Shown here one piece after another: positions 1-10,139 of a DNA stretch of 64,000 nt. Positions within the stretch are counted from its first letter, which is position 1, and each line of letters starts with the position of its first letter. The notes below the pieces were generated by a model that made no database searches, was not told where the DNA came from, and saw only the letters and a program-made list of their open reading frames with translations. Source of the DNA: Mobula hypostoma (Eukaryota). The stretch spans positions 31,932,001 to 31,996,000 of the forward strand of contig NC_086108.1 of assembly GCF_963921235.1 (NCBI RefSeq), read 5' to 3'. The position numbers and the translations under genes are program-made.

Positions 1-180
1 GAATTAGGGTATGGTATGGCCTTCAGTATCTTCCCTTTTGAATGGTCTTGACCACATTTCTCTAACCCACGGCCCAACTGAGATATTGCTGCCCCACTTT
101 ATGCACCTTCAGGCAGAGAGTCAGGTTTTGCCTGAGCTATTATGACATCATAACTTGCCCCTTTATCGATCACAGCATTT

Positions 181-360
181 GAGGTCAGACTTAGCGAAAG
201 GCTATTGACTGTGGACATTAATCCATAAATGGCAGAAGACCAAGAGAAAAAGAAGTTTGGACTTCACAAACTTGAGGTTGGACTTAGCAAAAGGCTATTG
301 ACTGCGTGCATTAATCCATAAAGTAAAAGGTGGAGGCAGACCGAGAGAAAAAGAAGTGTA
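181..360 (+). repeat. Imperfect tandem duplication (two copies, ~95-bp period) upstream of a hAT transposase remnant
   Basis: GAGGTcaGACTTAGCgAAAGGCTATTGACTG...ATTAATCCATAAA...GAGAAAAAGAAGT occurs from 181 and again from ~275. Confidence 0.8.
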
Positions 361-912
361 GACAGTATAGAGCGGAGTATCTACAATATGGATTTATACC
401 AGCACCAAGCAGCCAACAATGTGTCTGTTGTGTGAACAAGTTTTTTCAAATGAGACAATGAAACTGTCCAGGTTCCTTGAACATTTAAAGATAACACACT
501 CTGATAAAGCAAATAAGAACTTGCCTTATTTTCAGTCACTTTGTGAAAACTTTCAGAAACGGAAAATGCTTCAAAATATCTTTGCCAGCACTTCACAACA
601 TGACAGTGATGGTTTGCGTGCTTCATACAACAATTCATTGCTCATTGCTTAATCTGAAAATCCGCATATAATTGGAGAAGAACTGATTGTGTCAGCAGTC
701 AGGGAGGTTCTGAGTACAGAACTAAATAATCAAATTGATTCCACTCAGTGATAACTCTGTTGAAAGACAAATAGATAAAATGTCTGAGAGTGTGGAAGAC
801 ACATTATATAACGTATTGTACTTACCACAACAGAATTTGCTCTGTAGTTGGATGAGTCAGCTTTACCAGGTAACACATCTTTGTTTCTTGGTTATGCTTG
901 CTTCAAAAAAGC
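330..912 (+). pseudogene. hAT (Buster/Charlie, SCAND3/ZBED5-like) transposase N-terminal remnant, truncated by the Gypsy LTR
   Basis: Frameshifted KKKCRQYRAEYLQYGFI...MCLLCEQVFSNETMKLSRFLEHLKITH (BED zinc finger), ASYNNSLLIA, IGEELIV, IPLSDNSVERQIDKM. Confidence 0.85.
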
Positions 913-1222
913 TGTAAGTATGACGAGAGTCCTTGAAGAGGATGGTTTGGACCCAAATGCTGGAGTATCCAAGGCTAACATTGAGATATGGATCAAGAAC
1001 TGAGCACAAAACAAACACTAGACAATATCATTAGTACAACTTACGATTGAGAACTGATGCTCTATTCAGGTGTTCTGTAAATACTCAGTTCTTTGCGCCC
1101 AAAACATGAATACCAATTAGCAGGATGATCCTGAATCTTTAAAAAGGCTGCTAAATCTCTATTCAAGAGATTTATTGTGTCTAAGCCCCGCAAGCTGGCG
1201 TGATTGGGTGCACGTTATAACA
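913..1222 (-). repeat. 3' LTR of the Gypsy element (~300 bp)
   Basis: On the minus strand TGTTATAA begins immediately after the polypurine tract; the far end is ...CA at 913 (alternatively 921), where hAT homology stops. Confidence 0.7.
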
Positions 1223-1236
1223 GGACCCCCTCCCCT
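1223..1236 (-). promoter_or_regulatory. Polypurine tract of the Gypsy element
   Basis: Minus strand AGGGGAGGGGGTCC directly abuts the TG start of the LTR, downstream of the chromodomain. Confidence 0.8.
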
Positions 1237-1259
1237 ATGGCCAACCCTTGGCTCCTCAG

Positions 1260-2750
1260 AGAGACAATGATCGTAGTCACAGTTGAGAGTCAGATCCAAG
1301 ATGTCCCTTTCAGAAACTTAGCACCTTTCTTCAGATCCAAAACCTTCCAGTCCATGAGGAACCTCCAAGCACCCTGAACAATTCGGGAATCCAAAACTCT
1401 TCTCATGGTGAAAACCTATTCCCATCGACAAACCTGGGCAGTAGTGGGACTGATGATGGTGGGGCTAAAGGGCTGGTGTTCACAGGTTTTAATTTGGAAA
1501 TATGGAAAGTGGAATTGATCTTGAGAGTCTTGGGGAGCTGTAAGGTGTAAGCCACTGGGCTACACCTACTTACTTTCCTGGGAATCTTGAAGGATCCAAT
1601 GAACTTGGGCGCCAATTTCCTGAACTTCGTTCAGACAGGCAAATCCTGTTGCCCAGGCCGCAAAACTGGTCCATGTTTTCTCTTGTGGTTAGCCTTTATT
1701 TCAACCTTCCAGGTCGAAGCTAACAAAATCTCCCTTGCCCGAGACCATTTCTCCTTGCAGCGTCAGGCTAGATCTTCAGTTGCAGGAACTCCAACCTCGG
1801 CCTCCTGCTTAGGGAAGAGTGGTGGAGAATACCCAAATAGGCATTCAAAATGGGACAACCTGTGCACTGAATGCTGTAAAGTGCTGTGGGTAACCTCTGC
1901 CCACACAAACAGTCATCCTGTCTTTCAGAGGCCATACACCTTAGGGTTTGTTCCAAATCTTGGTTCACCCGCTCCATCAGGCCATTGAACTGTGGGTGAA
2001 ACTCCAAGGAAAGACTCGCTGTTGCCCCAATAACCTTACAGCAGTGGTCCCCAACCACCAGGCCGTGGACCGGTACCGGGCTGCAATGTGCAAGGAAACA
2101 ATATGATTTGGCAATATGAACCGATATTTGTCAGCTGCACCTTTCCTCATTCCCCGTCACGCACTGTTGAACTTTAACACCCTACCCCGTCGGCCGGTCC
2201 ACAAGAATATTGTCAATATTAAACCAGTCCACACTGCAAAAAAAGTTGGGGACCCTGCCTTACAGAATGTCCTCCAAAAATATGACGCAAATTGCGGACT
2301 GCGGTCTGACACAATGTCCATCAGATAACTGTGGATCCTGAAGACCTGGTGCAGGACAATTTCGGCCATCTCCGCTGCAGATGGTAGTCTGCCTAAGGCA
2401 ATGAATTTGCAGTCCTTTGATAAATGATCTACAATTACCATGATAATGGTCTTCCCCTTGGAAGGAAAAAGACCCTTGACAAATCCATGGAGATGGGTGC
2501 CCATGGTCTGTCTGGAATAGGCAGAGAGTGAAGAAGTTCGGTGCGGGGCTCCTTGTTCCGGGTGCACACCTCATATGCCTGCACATATTGACAGACCTCC
2601 TTCACCATTCCAGCCACTAGTATCTTCTCTTAATGAACTTGAGGGACCTGGCAATCCTTGGGTGAGATGTCATTCTTGATGCATGTCCCCATTGAAAAAC
2701 CTGACACTGAACAGGACCAGGAATGAACAGCCAACCCAGAAGGCTGTTCT
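1260..2750 (-). pseudogene. Gypsy integrase with GPF/Y-type region and chromodomain (frameshifted)
   Basis: YVQAYEVCTRNK, LPIPDRPWAPISMD, IMVIVDHLSK, DIVSDRSPQFASYFW, FHPQFNGLMERVNQDLEQTL, APKFIGSFKI...AYTLQLP...TFHISKLKP, then FLMDWKGFGSEERC*VSERDILD. Confidence 0.9.
2042..2257 (+). mobile_element. hAT (Charlie-type) MITE, 216 bp, inserted in the Gypsy integrase
   Basis: Ends CAGTGGTCCCCAAC / GTTGGGGACCCTG; perfect 8-bp TSD CCTTACAG at 2034-2041 and 2258-2265. Confidence 0.95.
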
Positions 2751-2879
2751 GAGGAACCTCCCCTTGCATCCAGACCTTGTGAACAAGTATGTCGATTCCT
2801 CAATGAATTAGCGCTATCACCTTGGCCGAGGCAATATGGTGGTAGACTGCTTTTCTCATTTGGGTTCATCAAACTGACA

Positions 2880-3526
2880 GGAATTCAGTCTCTTGGCCTC
2901 CTGAAAAAAAGCCAGATTCTTGTGGTCTGTCAATATGATAAAAGGGTTCTTTGGCCCCCTCAAGCCAGTGATGCCATTCCTCCAGAGCCAACTTGACCAT
3001 GGACAGCTCTCTATTCCCAATGTCATAGTTCACCACTGCCAGGGATAGCTGCCTGGAAAAGAATGCACGTGGGTGCAGTTTATAGCCCGAAGGTGTCGTT
3101 GAGACAACACTGCACCCAATCCAACATCTGAGGCGCCCACTTCCACAATGAAGGGAAGGTCCGGGTTAAGTGCGACAAAAATGGGAGCTGTCATGAGCTG
3201 CTGTTTGAGCTCTGCAAAAGTAGCCTCCACCTCGGTAATCCAAACAAAAAGGCTCGCAGGTCTCTTGCTTAGTGCTGTCAATGGAGCCACCACTGAGCCA
3301 AAGTTTCTGATGAACTTTCGATAAAAGTTGGCAAATCCTGGGAATCACTGGACTTGTTTCACACTGGAGGGTTGTGGCCAATCTCCAACTGTCTGAGTCT
3401 TACTAGGGTCCATCTTGAGATTGCCATTAGAGATGATGAAGCCCAAAAATGAAATGGTGGTTACATGAAATTTGGACTTCTCAAGCTGGACATAAAGTCC
3501 ATGATCAAGAAGCCTCTTTAGAACAT
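2880..3526 (-). pseudogene. Gypsy RT C-terminal part and RNase H
   Basis: [19 protein letters not shown]...SFLGFIIS...[83 protein letters not shown]. Confidence 0.9.
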
Positions 3527-4725
3527 CTCAGACAGCAGACATAATCTCAATGGCTCTTCACATGGCTTTAGACCAACTGGTCAATACAAACACCTATGTC
3601 AGGATGCTGTTCATCGACGATAGCTCAGCCTTCAATACCATCATTCCCACAATCCTGATTGAGAAGTTACAGAACCTGGGCCTCTGTACCTCCCTCTGCA
3701 ATTGGATCCTCGACTTCCTAACCCGAAGGCCACAATCTGTGCAGATTGTTGATAATATCTCCTCCTTGCTGACGATCTACACTGGTGCACCTCAAGGGTG
3801 TGTGATTAACCCGCTACTCAACTCTCTCTATATCCATGACAGTGTGGCTAGGCATTGCTCAAATACCATCTCAGTAGTTCCACCTGCTGATGATACAACC
3901 ATTGTTGGTAGAATCTCAGATGGAGACAAGAGGGCGCACAAAGCAAGGTATACCAACTAGTGGAGTGGTGTTGCAGCAACAACCTGGTACTCAACGTCAG
4001 TAAGACAAAAGAGCAGATTGTGGACTTCAGGAAGGGCAAGAAAAAGGAAGACATACCAATCCTCATAGAGGGATCAGAAGTGGAGAGAGTGAGAAGTTTT
4101 AAGTTCCTGGTTGTCAAGATCTCTGAGGACCTAACCTGCTCCTGACTATACTTCATTAGGAGTTTGAAGAGATTTGGTACGACAACAAAAATGCTGAAGA
4201 ACTTCCATAGGTATAGCGTGGAGAGCAATCTGCAGGCTGCATCACTGTCTGGTATGGGGTGGGGGTGGAAGGGGGCTACTGCACCGGACTGAAAGAAGCT
4301 GCAGAGGGTCATAAATTTAGTCGGCTCCATCTTGGGTATTAGCCTATAAAGTACCCAGGACATCTTCAAGGAGCGGTGGCTCAGACAGGCAGCATCCATT
4401 ATTAAGGACCCTCCAGCACCCAGGGCATGCCCTTTTCTCAACATTGCCATCAGGTAGGAGGTACAGAAGCCTGAAGGCACACACCCAGCGATTCAAGAAC
4501 AGCTTCTTCCGATTCCTAAATGGACGTTGAACCCGTGAACACTATCTCACTTTTTTAATATATATTATTTCTGTTTTTGCACGATTTTTAAACTATTCAA
4601 TATGCAAATACTGTAATTTATTTATTTCTTGTTCTTCTATATTATGTATTGAGTTGAACTGCTGCTGCTAAGCTAACAAATTTCATGACACATGCCAGTG
4701 ATAATAAACTTGATTCTGATTCTGA
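3527..4725 (+). mobile_element. 5'-truncated Rex1/Babar-type LINE inserted in Gypsy RT
   Basis: [67 protein letters not shown]; tail AATAAAC(TGATTC)n. Confidence 0.9.
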
Positions 4726-5086
4726 CATGAGTGATGTGCTCCTCCATGGACTTTGAGAAAATTAGGATGTCGTCCCAGTAGGCAAAGGTGTACTTATGGA
4801 GAGCATCCCAGAGCATGTTGTTTATAAAGGTCTGGAAAACTGCTACACATTCACAAGGCTGAAAAGCATGACCAGGTAGTCATATTGTCCAGTCAGTGTG
4901 TTGAATGCCATCTAACACTTGTCACCCTCCTTTATGCGAACTAGATCGTATGCATTCTGCAAGTCTAGCTTCGAGAATACTTTTGCTCCTTGGAAGTGTT
5001 CATGAGTGGAAGAGAATAATGCTTCTTGACTTTTATGCAATTTGGCCCTCCATAAACAAAGCATGGCCACAGGCTCCCATCCTTTT
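4726..5086 (-). pseudogene. Gypsy RT core segment
   Basis: [65 protein letters not shown]. Confidence 0.9.
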
Positions 5087-5210
5087 GTCAGGACTAACTG
5101 AAGGACCTCCTTGGAACAGAACCAAGGGTCTCGGCCTGAAACGTCAACTGTACCTCTTCCTAGAGATGCTGCCTGGCCTGCTGCGTTCACCAGCAACTTT
5201 GATGTGTGTT
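5087..5210 (+). mobile_element. Short Penelope-tail derivative with an inverted 5' piece
   Basis: 5124-5210 is nearly identical to 7570-7656; 5087-5105 is the exact reverse complement of 7550-7568. Confidence 0.85.
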
Positions 5211-5236
5211 ACCATGGCAAGAGACTCCTTTATATA

Positions 5237-5567
5237 AGAGGGGTGATTGATAAGTTCGTGGCCTAAGGTAGAAGGAGATGAGTTATACAGCTCTCGTTAC
5301 ATGCACATGCAGTTCATCTCTTTGAGTGATTATGCAGAAAGTTTGAAGTTAATAACTCATCTCCTTCTACCTTAGGCCACGAACTTATCAATCACCTCTG
5401 ATGCAGGCAACTTTCTGAAGGTCCAAGACGTTGAGTTCTACAAAGAAGGGATCCGTATGCTCTACGACCGCTGGACTAAGTGTGTAAATGTAGGAAAAAT
5501 AAATGTGCTAGATTTTCTAAAATTGACTCCTTCTACCTTAGGCCACTAACCTATCAATCACCCCTCG
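5237..5567 (+). mobile_element. Mariner-derived MITE with three TIR copies
   Basis: TIR (C)GAGGGGTGATTGATAAGTTCGTGGCCTAAGGTAGAAGGAG, TA flanks (5235-6, 5568-9), transposase C-terminus FYKEGIRMLYDRWTKCVNVG; splits Gypsy IEE|YIKESL. Confidence 0.9.
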
Positions 5568-5907
5568 TACTCCTCTATTGCACTTCTTTCTGGGCCTGAG
5601 ACCACGGATAATCGACCCCACGGAGGTCAATGACCAAGCAGTAGATCTATTGCACAGTTGTAGGGTCAGTGTGGTGGAAGAGTCGAGGCCTTTCCCTTGC
5701 TGAAGACCTCTTCCAAATCCTTGCTGACAGAAGGATTGGCTTGGGTACTGCAATTACTCCCAAATCTTCCTCCAAGGACAACTCCTGAGGCTTCTTAGGT
5801 AGTGGGGGTGATTTGACAGTCTCCCAAGTCTCCTCCATAGGTTCACAAGAGTCTTCAGTGGAAACAAAGGCCAAATCCCAGTTCAAATCCTCATCTGTAT
5901 CCTCAGG

Positions 5908-7264
5908 ATGTCCAGTCCCTATATACTTCCATCCCCCATCAGGAAGGTCTCAAAGCTCTACGCTTCTTTTTGGATTCCAGACCTAATCAGTTCCCCTCTA
6001 CCACCACTCTGCTCCGTCTAGCAGAATTAGTCCTTACTCTTAATAATTTCTCCTTTTGCTCCTCCCATTTCCTCCAAACTAAAGGTGTAGCTATGGGCAC
6101 CCGTATGGGTCCTAGCTATGCCTGCCTTTTTGTTGGGTTTGTGGAACAATCTATGTTCCGTGCCTATTCTGGTATCTGTCCCCCACTTTTCCTTCGCTAC
6201 ATCGACGACTGCATTGGCGCTGCTTCCTGCACGCATGCAGAACTCGTTGACTTTATTAACTTTGCCTCCAACTTTCACCCTGCCCTCAAGTTTACCTGGT
6301 CCATTTCCGACACCTCCCTCCCCTTTCTAGATCTTTCTGTCTCTGTCTCTGGAGACAGTTTATCCACTGATGTCTACTATAAGCCTACTGACTCTCACAG
6401 CTATCTGGACTATTCCTCTTCTCACCCTGTCTCTTGCAAAAACGCCATCCCCTTCTCGCAATTCCTCCGTCTCCACCGCATCTGCTCTCAGGATGAGGCT
6501 TTTCATTCTAGGACGAGGGAGATGTCTTCATTTTTTAAAGAAAGGGGCTTCCCTTCCTCCACTATCAACTCTGCTCTTAAACGCATCTCCCCCATTTCAC
6601 GTACATCTGCTCTCACTCCATCCTCCCACCACCCCACTAGGAATAGGGTTCCCCTGGTCCTCACCTACCACCCCACCAGCCTCCGGGTCCAACATATTAT
6701 TCTCCGTAACTTCCGCCACCTCCAACGGGATCCCACCACTAAGCATATCTTTCCCTCCCCCCTCTCTCTGCATTCCGCAGGGATCGCTCCCTACACAACT
6801 CCCTTGTCCATTTGTCCCCCCCAACCCCCCCCACAGATCTCCCGCCTGGCACTTATCCGTGTAAGCGGAACAAGTGCTACACATGCCCTTACACTTCCTC
6901 CCTTACCACCATTCAGGGCCCCAAACAGTCCTTCCAGGTGAGGCATCACTTCACCTGTGAGTCGACTGGGGTGGTATACTGCGTCCGGTGCTCCCGATGT
7001 GGCCTTTTATATATTGGTGAGACCCGACGCAGACTGGGAGACCGCTTTGCTGAACATCTACGCTCTGTCCGCCAGAGAAAGCAGGATCTCCCAGTGGCCA
7101 CACATTTTAATTCCACATCCCATTCCCATTCTGACATGTCTATCCACGGCCTCCTCTACTGTAAAGATGAAGCCACACTCAGGTTGGAGGAACAACACCT
7201 TATATTCCGTATGGGTAGCCTCCAACCTGATGGCATGAACATTGACTTCTCTAACTTCCGCTAG
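5908..7264 (+). pseudogene. Penelope RT/GIY-YIG polyprotein (N-terminally truncated, one frameshift near 6750-6770)
   Basis: VQSLYTSIPH, LNNFSF, GVAMGTRMGPSYACLF, RYIDD, LPFLD, TDVYYKPTDSHSYL; linker CKRNKCYTC; VVYCVRCSRCGLLYIGETRRRLGDRFAEH...PDGMN. Confidence 0.92.
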
Positions 7265-7559
7265 GCCCCACCTCCCCCTCGTACCCCATCTGTTACTCTT
7301 TTTTATGCACACATTCTTTCTCTCACTCTCCTTTTTCTCCCTCTGTCCCTCTGAATATACCTCTTGCCCATCCTCTGGGTCACTCCCCCCCCCCCGTCTT
7401 TCTTCCCGGACCTCCTGTCCCATGATCCTCTCGTATCCCCTTCTGCCTATCACCTGTCCAGCTCTCGGCTCCATCCCTCCCCCTCCTGTCTTCTCCTATA
7501 TTTTGCATCTCCCCCTCCCCCTCCAGCTTTCAAATCCCTTACTCACTCTTCCTTCAGTT

Positions 7560-7595
7560 AGTCCTGACGAAGGGTCTCGGCCTGAAACGTCGACT
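7560..7595 (+). ncRNA. Minimal type-I hammerhead ribozyme motif in the Penelope tail
   Basis: Stem I AGUC(7560-63)/GACU(7592-95); core CUGACGA (7564-70); stem II AGG/CCU; GAAA (7584-87); palindromic stem III AC-GU; cleavage triplet GUC (7589-91). Confidence 0.85.
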
Positions 7596-7671
7596 GCGCC
7601 TCTTCCTATAGATGCTGCCTGGCCTGCTGCGTTCACCAGCAACTTTGATGTATGTTGCCTGTATCCTCAGG

Positions 7672-8138
7672 TATTGGCAGTGAGGTGCGAGAAGTTTCGG
7701 GACTAGGCTCCAAGGGTCTCCATTTTGGAGCCTTCCCCCTTAGATGGAACCTGGCAACTGGAGCCCTTTGGCTTAGCTGCTAGAGTTTCAGACTGCTTGG
7801 GCACCTCCTTGGCTTGCTCCCGTACTAGAGATTATTCTAGCGCACCCCTGACTGGACAGGGTCAGGACTCGCACAGGCCTGTTGGCTGGATCTGGCTTCT
7901 CTGCCCTCAAAAACACGACTGGGTTTCCTGGAGGCTTCAAGTTACCCCGAACAGAAGTCTTTCCCGTCCACACATCCCACCACCCGCCATCAGCTGCTGG
8001 TCTCAGGAGAATCTGGGGGTCGGAACACAAAGCTGAAAGCATACTTCTTGCAGTAACTGGACCATGCAATGATCCTTCCTTCCTTCCAGTTCATCAATGG
8101 GTGACGCTGGGACAGCCAAGGGTCCCCAATGATCAGAG
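7672..8138 (-). pseudogene. Gypsy protease C-terminal part and protease-RT spacer
   Basis: LIIGDPWLSQRHPLMNWKEGRIIAWSSYCKK resembles the ILGxPWL...I(D/N)W retropepsin end. Confidence 0.75.
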
Positions 8139-9234
8139 ATAGAAACATAGAAAATAGGTGCAGGAGTAGGCCATTCGGCCCTTTGAGCCTGCACTGCCAT
8201 TCAGTATGATCATGGCTGATCATCCAACTCAGAACCCTGAACCTGCCTTCTCTCCATACCCCCTGATCCTTTTAGCCACAAGGGCCATATCTAACTCCCT
8301 CTTAAATATAGCCAATGAACTGGCCTCAACTGTTTGCTGTGGCAGAGAATTCCACAGATTCACCACTCTCTGTGTGAAGAAGTTTTTCCTCATCTCGGTC
8401 CTAAAAGGCTTCCCCTTTATCGTCAAACTGTGACCCCTTGTTCTGGACTTCCCCAACATCGGGAACAATCTTCCTACATCTAGCCTGTCCAATCCCTTTA
8501 GAATTTTATACGTTTCAATAAGATCCCCCCTCAATCTTCTAAATTCCAGAGAGTATAACCCTTCCAATCTTTCATCATATGAAAGTCCTGCCATCCCAGG
8601 AATCAATCTGGTGAACCTTCTTTGTACTCCCTCTTTGGCAAGAATGTCTTTCCTCAGATTAGGGGACCAAAACTGCACACAATACTCCAGGTGTGGTCTC
8701 ACCAAGGCCTTGTACAACTGCAGTAGTACCTCCCTGCTCCTGTACTCGAATCCTCTCGCTATAAATGCCAGCATACCATTTGCCTTTTTCACCGCCTGCT
8801 GTACCTGCATGCCCACTTTCAATGACTGGTGTATAATGACACCCAGGTCTCGTTGCACCTCCCCTTTTCCTAATCGGCCACCATTCAGATAATAACCTGT
8901 TTTCTTGTTCTTGCCGCCAAGGTGGATAACCTCACATTTATCCACATTAAATTGCATCTGCCATGAATTTACCCACTCACCCAACCTATCCAAATCACTC
9001 TGCATCCTCTTAGCATCCTCCTCACAGCTAACACTGCCGCCCAGCTTCGTGTCATCCGCAAACTTGGAGATGCTGCATTTAATTCCCTCGTCTAAGTCAT
9101 TAATATATTTTGTAAACAACTGGGGTCCCAGCACTGAGCCTTGCGGTACCCCACTCGTCACTGCCTGCCATTCTGAAAAGGTCCCGTTTATTCCCACTCT
9201 TTGCTTCCAGTCTGCCAACCAATTCTCTATCCAC
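8139..9234 (-). mobile_element. Young 5'-truncated CR1 LINE (335-aa open RT C-terminus) inserted in Gypsy protease
   Basis: VTSGVPQGSVLGP, SKFADDTK, WQMQFNVDKC, RPHLEYCVQFW, RLRGDLIE, TRGH, FFTQRVVNLWNSLP; TTTCTATG-type tail. Confidence 0.95.
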
Positions 9235-9239
9235 ATCAG

Positions 9240-10135
9240 ATATGTGAGAAACTAATGTCCTCCGTATGATCCTCTACCCTCGTCCACAAGACTGGTGTCT
9301 GCTGCCGGGTCTGCCCGGAACCAAGCGGGTGGCCATCCAAGATAGTTGTGGGCATGGGCTGGTTCACCTCCTGCAGGGGTATGCTAAGCCGACAGCTGGT
9401 CCTCAGGTCCAGGAAATTTCCAGCTGACCCAGAGTCCTCTTGTTGGTTCATAGGCCAGGAGATCTCCGCCCTTAGCATGACATCAAACTCCATGAGGTTG
9501 GGGGTAGGCTGGTACTGACACTGGCCAGTCTTAACAGTTCTTCAAGTGGCTGCGGGTTTGGACATTCAGCCCACTGGTTACCTGCTTCCCCGCGGTAATA
9601 GCAGCAACCTCGACTCCATCGCCAGAACCTCTCCTCGGGAATGATTCTCATGCAGCTGATTTGCATGGGCTCGATGGGATCCTGAAAAGGAGATGGGCCG
9701 GTCATGGGTCGAGATCAGGGATTGGAACTACAATGCATTGAGGCCAGGCTTGGATTAGCTCCCTTCGACCTCTTGATGTAATCCCACTTACGCTCTGCCA
9801 AATGATTATCGAGATGAATAGATTGGTTGATCAGAATCTTTAAGTCCTCTGCTGGCTTCCTGAGGTGGGTGCATCCTTCAGTTCATCTCAGAGGCCATAG
9901 AGTGACCAGCGCCACCCTATTCCAGCCACTCCCTTGGGGCAAGGTCCAAAACTCGATAGTGAAGTTGGCCGCTGACTGTCTGCCCTGTTGAATCTTCATC
10001 AGATGGTCCGAGCCTCAGTTGTCTGTGGCAGGCTGATGGAACACCTACCTCATGGCAGCCAGGAATTCCTCCAAATTCGAGCAAATTTCTGACCTTCATT
10101 CCCACGCACAGTAGCCCTGGCCAGGGCTCTTCCAG
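9240..10135 (-). pseudogene. Gypsy gag and protease N-terminal part (degenerate)
   Basis: DSGSAGNFLD aspartyl-protease motif; degenerate zinc knuckle CYYRGEAGNQWAEC; gag-like LINQSIHLDNHL. Confidence 0.8.
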
Positions 10136-10139
10136 TCAA

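Larger units (their letters stand above)
5908..7658 (+). mobile_element. 5'-truncated Penelope-like element (probably Neptune-type)
   Basis: PLE-type RT plus GIY-YIG endonuclease, pyrimidine-rich 3' UTR and hammerhead tail; perfect 13-bp TSD CTGTATCCTCAGG at 5895-5907 and 7659-7671. Confidence 0.95.
913..10135 (-). mobile_element. Decayed Ty3/gypsy chromovirus (sushi-like) LTR retrotransposon interrupted by six nested insertions; 5' LTR not seen
   Basis: Minus-strand order gag (CCHC-like) - protease - RT - RNase H - integrase - chromodomain - PPT - LTR can be followed across the insertions. Confidence 0.9.

Noticed and set aside
3848..4480. 210-aa minus-strand ORF (likewise 32004-32600, 26117-26698, 12996-13442)
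   Set aside because: Antisense shadows of LINE ORF2 sequence
7058..7706. Overlapping ORFs of 138 and 154 aa
   Set aside because: Penelope pyrimidine-rich 3' UTR and its antisense; no independent coding signal
8229..9236. 335-aa reverse-transcriptase ORF as a functional gene, retron or DGR component
   Set aside because: It is the C-terminal part of a 5'-truncated CR1 with its tail; the context is eukaryotic, with no template/variable repeats or operon
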